NCBI GenBank assembly: GCA_039680575.1
Contig: JBDKSP010000011.1
Location: 7,861-71,860, forward strand
Direction of reading: 5' to 3'
Source of the DNA: Armatimonadota bacterium
GTDB lineage: Bacteria; Armatimonadota; UBA5829; DTLH01
Length of the DNA stretch: 64,000 nucleotides
Below, in pieces: positions 59,545-64,000 of the stretch. The notes under the pieces were generated by a model. It searched no databases, was not told where the DNA came from, and worked only from the letters and a program-made list of their open reading frames with translations. Each line of letters begins with the position of its first letter. The first letter of the stretch is position 1. The position numbers were made by a program, and so were the translations under genes.

Positions 59545-62500
59545 ACATAGCCAAATTCGCAGTCAGCCGCCCGGTCGCGGTCATAATGCAGATCGCGGCA
59601 CTGGTCCTTCTCGGCATCGTATGCCTGATGCGGCTTCCTGTAGACCTTTTGCCTGATGTCACAATGCCGACAGTCAGCGTGACCACACAGTGGCCGAACG
59701 TTGCGCCAGAAGAGATCGAGGCGCAGATTACACGTCCTATCGAACGCGCGGTTTCGTCAGCACCGGGAATGAACCAGGTCACATCTAGCAGCGTTACGGG
59801 CACTTCACAGGTGCGGATTCAGTTCCGATGGGGAGTCGATATCGGCCAAGCCGCGGTAGATGTTCTTCAGCAGGTGCAGCGCGCGCAGAGGTCGTTCCCA
59901 TCCGACCCGACCATACAGAACCCGACCGTACTCAAGATGGACCCTAACCAGATGCCGATTATCACCTACGCGGTGTCAGGTATAGATGATCCTGTAAAAC
60001 TGCGCTCCCTGGTTGATAACCAAATCACCCCGATGCTGGACTCGGTGGATGGGGTCGCGTCCGCGACAGTCTCAGGCGGCCAGCAAAGAGGCATCATAAT
60101 AGATGTAGACCCTTACAAGCTGAAGGCGCATCATCTGTCGTTTTCGGACATCTCTAAACGAATCTCTCAGGAAAATGCAAACCTGCCTGCCGGTATCGCA
60201 AAAGAGAGCAACACAGAGTACACTATCCGAAGCATTGGTTGGTTCAGGAGCATTAATGAGATCGGCAGAATCCCGCTCAAGTCTATCGATGGGGACCTGG
60301 TGCACTTAAGCGATGTCGCCAGTGTCCGTGACTCGCATTCAGAAACCAGGCTTTTCACCCGCATCAACGAAAGACCGTCCGTTGGTATCTCCATCACCAA
60401 ACAAAGCGGAGCTAATACCATCAGTACAGCAGATGCGGTATTTCAACGGGTGAAGCAGATCGAAAAAATCTACCCGAACCTGAAATTCGGGCTTGCGAAC
60501 GACCAGTCGCAGTTCATCAGGAACTCCGTCAATAACGTGAGAGACAGCGCCATCATCGGCGGAATCCTGGCTATACTCATACTCCTCTTTTTCTTGAGGA
60601 ATATCCGCAGTACCATTGTTGTAGCGCTTTCGATCCCGATTTCGATTATCTCGACGTTCGCGCTCATCTACATGTGCGGTTTTTCTATCAATACCATGTC
60701 CCTTGGCGGCATTGCGCTTGCTACAGGGCTTATTGTCGATGACGCAGTTGTTGTTCTAGAGAATATATTCCGACACATAGAACGAGATAAGAAAACCGCA
60801 GCGGAGGCGGCTGTCAGCGGCACATCAGAGATAATATCGGCCGTTGTAGCGTCCACCTGGACAGTAATGGTGGTCTTCCTGCCGCTGCTTCTCATAAAAG
60901 GCCAAGCTGGGCAGATGTATACGCAGTTCGCTCTTGTGGTCATCTTCTCTCTTGCTGTTTCGCTTCTGGATGCTGTTACAGTCGTCCCGATGCTGGCGAC
61001 AAAGCTGATATCCGGTGAGGCGCACTCGGAGAACCTTGCGAACGCAGCAGATCATCCGAATATTCTGATGCGGATGTTCCATCGCTGCGGAGAGTGGCTG
61101 AGCGAACTGGACAATGCCTATTCCAGGGGACTCCATTGGGCGATTCATCATAGATTGTGGACCGTATGCGGCGCGCTGGGGATTACTCTTATCTGTCTAC
61201 TGTTCGCTACTCAGGTTGGCACGGAGCTTATGCCGAAAACTGACAGCGGCAACTTCAACGTAAACGTCAAAATGCCTATCGGCACCGCACTTTCTCAGAC
61301 TAACAAGGCAATGACAGCCGTTGAAAACATAGTCATGAAGAACCCGGACGTCGAAACGACAATGACGACGGTCGGTTCTGGCGGAAACTTCAGAGCAGGC
61401 TCGGAAAGGCCGTATCAAGGCTCGGTTTCAGTGAGCCTAAAGGATAACCGGAGCAAATCTACAGCCGATATCATCAAAAGCCTTCGGAAATCACTGGGGC
61501 GGATACCGGGCGTAAATGCCCGGCCATCGCAGAACGACATTGTGACACAGATGATGACCGGCGGTTCTCAGAACATAGAAATCGATATCTTTGGCGATGA
61601 TCTGACCACACTATCCTCAATCGCAAAAGAGATAATGGGGCGGCTCAGAGGCATAAACGGGCTTGAGAACCTGGACATTAACTGGCAGGAAGCAATGCCG
61701 GAAATCCAGTGGCGCATCGACCGGGATAAAGCCCAGCAGCTTGGTGTCAGTTTCACAGATGTTGCCGATACCCTGAGCACCGCGACAAACGGTGATATCG
61801 CAAGCTATTATCAGGAAAATGGATTCCAGTATCCGATAATTGTGCAGTTGCCGGAAGCTGAACGGAAAACTGTATCGAAGATGAGCGATATCATTGTGAA
61901 AGCCAATGAAAACGCGCCTGATATAGTCCTGAGTCAGGTCGCTGCACCAGAATACGCGATGGGACCCAGCGAAATCACCCGCATGGACCGGAAACGCTAT
62001 GTGGCGGTTACTGGAATGCCGCAGGGACGCTCATCAGGCGAAATCAATGCCGACATAGAGAAAGCTATGGAAGGAATCGGTCTCCCGACAGGCTACTACT
62101 GGGACTGGGGAATCCATCAAAAAGAGACTGCGGAGGAGTTCGGCGGAATGACACTCGCTGTATTTCTGGCTATCGCTCTCATTTATATGCTTCTTGCGTC
62201 CCAGTTCGAGTCGTTCATACACCCGCTTACGATCCTACTTTCTGTCCCGCTGGCAGGAGCCGGCGTAGTGCTCGGTCTGTTCCTTACGAACAGGGCATTC
62301 GGATTGACTTCGTTTATCGGTGTATTGATGCTCGTGGGAATCGTCGTCAAAAACGGCATTTTACTGGTCGACTACACGAATAAGCTGAGGGAGCGCGGGA
62401 TCAAGCGTGAGGAAGCGCTCATTACTGCAGGGAGGACAAGGCTTCGGCCGATCCTTATGACCGCTTCCGCAGCAATTCTGGGTATGCTGCCGCTCGCGCT

Positions 62501-62669
62501 TGCACTCGGCGAAGGTTCCGAAATTCAGGCTCCGATGGCAACCACTGTCATAGGCGGTCTTATGACTTCCACAGCGCTTACATTGTTCGTTGTGCCGGTT
62601 GTTTACTCGCTGTTGGATGATCTCGTGGGAAAACGGAAAGATAAGGAGCAGGCGGATGTCCGACAGTGA
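59541..62669 (+). CDS. Efflux RND transporter permease (AcrB/HAE family)
   Basis: 1042 aa with 12 TM helices and two large periplasmic loops. The product has the AcrB/AcrD/AcrF family layout. Confidence 0.95.
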   Translation: MNIAKFAVSRPVAVIMQIAALVLLGIVCLMRLPVDLLPDVTMPTVSVTTQWPNVAPEEIEAQITRPIERAVSSAPGMNQVTSSSVTGTSQVRIQFRWGVDIGQAAVDVLQQVQRAQRSFPSDPTIQNPTVLKMDPNQMPIITYAVSGIDDPVKLRSLVDNQITPMLDSVDGVASATVSGGQQRGIIIDVDPYKLKAHHLSFSDISKRISQENANLPAGIAKESNTEYTIRSIGWFRSINEIGRIPLKSIDGDLVHLSDVASVRDSHSETRLFTRINERPSVGISITKQSGANTISTADAVFQRVKQIEKIYPNLKFGLANDQSQFIRNSVNNVRDSAIIGGILAILILLFFLRNIRSTIVVALSIPISIISTFALIYMCGFSINTMSLGGIALATGLIVDDAVVVLENIFRHIERDKKTAAEAAVSGTSEIISAVVASTWTVMVVFLPLLLIKGQAGQMYTQFALVVIFSLAVSLLDAVTVVPMLATKLISGEAHSENLANAADHPNILMRMFHRCGEWLSELDNAYSRGLHWAIHHRLWTVCGALGITLICLLFATQVGTELMPKTDSGNFNVNVKMPIGTALSQTNKAMTAVENIVMKNPDVETTMTTVGSGGNFRAGSERPYQGSVSVSLKDNRSKSTADIIKSLRKSLGRIPGVNARPSQNDIVTQMMTGGSQNIEIDIFGDDLTTLSSIAKEIMGRLRGINGLENLDINWQEAMPEIQWRIDRDKAQQLGVSFTDVADTLSTATNGDIASYYQENGFQYPIIVQLPEAERKTVSKMSDIIVKANENAPDIVLSQVAAPEYAMGPSEITRMDRKRYVAVTGMPQGRSSGEINADIEKAMEGIGLPTGYYWDWGIHQKETAEEFGGMTLAVFLAIALIYMLLASQFESFIHPLTILLSVPLAGAGVVLGLFLTNRAFGLTSFIGVLMLVGIVVKNGILLVDYTNKLRERGIKREEALITAGRTRLRPILMTASAAILGMLPLALALGEGSEIQAPMATTVIGGLMTSTALTLFVVPVVYSLLDDLVGKRKDKEQADVRQ

Positions 62670-63147
62670 CATAATACAACAGGCGAATGAACTGGCATCG
62701 CTTATTTCCAAGCTCATACGCACGCTGTATACACTCGAAACCGGCGATATGACCGGTGGACTCCCAATAGCGCAGCTTCGTGCTTGTGGTACTCTTCTGG
62801 AGAAGCCAAGGACGATATCCTGCCTCAGCAAAGAGCTCGGTATATCGGCAAGCGCCGGCACACAGCTTGCCGATCGCCTTGAAAAAGCAGGACTTGCAGA
62901 GCGTTTTGCCGAACAGGGCGACAATCGATTAAAGCACCTGCGATTGACGGACCACGGGCGGCAGATGATAAGCGCCCGTCGTGAAAAACGTGTCGAACAT
63001 ATAGCAAAAGCACTCAATGAGCTCTCTTCAGAAGACCGTGAGAGGGTCATCTATTTCATTATGAAGCTCTACCAGGCAGGAAAATCAACAAAAGAGAAGC
63101 CGCCGGTTGAGGACTCACTGGCCGCTGTCGTAACATCGTTGGATTAA
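62656..63147 (+). CDS. MarR-family transcriptional regulator
   Basis: Winged HTH (ISCLSKELGISASAGTQLADRLEKAGLAER). AAGGAG RBS. The start ATG 62656 overlaps the pump gene's 3' end by 14 bp. Confidence 0.7.
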   Translation: MSDSDIIQQANELASLISKLIRTLYTLETGDMTGGLPIAQLRACGTLLEKPRTISCLSKELGISASAGTQLADRLEKAGLAERFAEQGDNRLKHLRLTDHGRQMISARREKRVEHIAKALNELSSEDRERVIYFIMKLYQAGKSTKEKPPVEDSLAAVVTSLD

Positions 63148-63176
63148 TCCTGGGAATAATCAGCACTGGAGCCTAT

Positions 63177-63629
63177 TTATTTCTTTTTGTCGATCAACGT
63201 AATTACGCTTTCTTCAGACATCCTAAGTACAGCCGACAGCTCTTCAGTAAGCAGCTTTTTGGCTCGCTTTAGTTGCTGTTGCTGGGTTATCTTGGGATAG
63301 CGTGATTTAGGCCCTATTATACCGCTTCGGATAGCACGTGCAAGGTCAATAGGATCACCCCAATTTATTGTAAGTTCTTCATCACAAAGGTTGGTATCAT
63401 CGGCTTCGCCGGAGAGGATACTTATAGCTTGTTTGAGTGTTTCTGCTGCAGCCAGAGGCCGCAGCCCAATTTGGTCTGCGGTGTCTATCGGTACAAGGAT
63501 TGTTGAGGCCATAGATGGTTTAGGAATAACATAATAATCTCTGGACATGCCATCTTCAGAACGTTCCTCAATTGATTTTATAATCCCTACACCATACCTG
63601 GGATGTAAAACTGCGTCGCCGATTTCCAT
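63177..63629 (-). CDS. CarD/CdnL-family RNA polymerase-binding transcription factor
   Basis: The N-terminus MEIGDAVLHPRYGVGIIKSIE matches the CarD_TRCF RNAP-interacting domain. Length 150 aa. Confidence 0.78.
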   Translation of the reverse strand: MEIGDAVLHPRYGVGIIKSIEERSEDGMSRDYYVIPKPSMASTILVPIDTADQIGLRPLAAAETLKQAISILSGEADDTNLCDEELTINWGDPIDLARAIRSGIIGPKSRYPKITQQQQLKRAKKLLTEELSAVLRMSEESVITLIDKKK

Positions 63630-63826
63630 TCGAGAAACCGCCCCCTTTCAAGGTCTTTGTCAGCGGCCGGTTGATAACGATTACTTCAATACCGGATTGC
63701 TCTCTGTGAAACTCAGTTGGTAGCCTCCATTTATGCTATTGATATGAGGTCACATCAACGGATTGACACTTATATTATATAATTATATAGTATAAGTATA
63801 CAACATTATGAGGTAAAAAATCAAGT

Positions 63827-64000
63827 ATGGTAGACGATATAATTGACGCACTTGAAACAGCAAAAGAAGCCTGCAAACTTTTGCCGCCATCACTGCCGAA
63901 TATGAAACCGGTCCATTTTCGTGTCTTGAACGCGATTTACCGAATCCACGATGATTCCGCCAGTTCACGCATATCAGATATCAGCAAGGTATTGGGTTTT
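63827..64000 (+). CDS. Partial ORF running off the window end; possible HTH regulator
   Basis: ATG at 63827 follows an AT-rich promoter-like region. The frame stays open to the window end (MVDDIIDALETAKEA...ISDISKVLGF). It is not in the ORF track because no stop codon is reached. Confidence 0.3.
   Translation, partial: MVDDIIDALETAKEACKLLPPSLPNMKPVHFRVLNAIYRIHDDSASSRISDISKVLGF

Overview
This 64-kb window looks like a bacterial chromosomal segment. The TolC/HlyD efflux sets, an RND pump and three PEP-CTERM proteins suggest a diderm organism; the taxon cannot be assigned from sequence alone. Housekeeping genes (eno, pyk, gatCAB, surE, cdd, mutS2, a rodZ-like gene) are interleaved with accessory blocks.

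Features found, in order:
- 16-2558: a partial secreted protein, then two tandem, recently homogenised PEP-CTERM paralogs.
- 2645-7688: a TolC-like / HlyD / two ABC-2 permease export set with no ATPase gene.
- 7740-9679: an AbrB-like regulator, then a XylR-type sigma-54 activator with an atypical GAFPG motif.
- 13934-24145: a complete type I-E CRISPR-Cas locus (cas3-cse1-cse2-cas7-cas5-cas6e-cas1-cas2) and a 26-repeat / 25-spacer array. The array begins 2 bp after the cas2 stop, with no intergenic leader.
- 24162-37627: a roughly 13.5-kb minus-strand glycan modification/export locus. It contains a YfhO-like GT-C protein, a GtrB/CsbB-like GT2, two GT4s, an epimerase and two MOP flippases. It also contains three redox proteins unusual for such loci: a radical SAM/SPASM enzyme and two DUF362/4Fe-4S proteins. 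This is the strongest candidate for an undescribed system in the window.
- 51201-57764: a block of HNH endonuclease, two SGNH hydrolases, a TlpA-like thioredoxin and an MrfA-like DUF1998 helicase, followed by a third PEP-CTERM protein (57069-57764). The block itself (51303-56773) is bracketed by copies of a REP-like palindromic repeat at 51201-51271 and 56798-56836.
- 57874-63147: an RND efflux operon (MFP, AcrB-like pump, MarR). It is preceded by a palindrome and a 3 x 27-bp tandem repeat.

No rRNA or tRNA genes were recognised.
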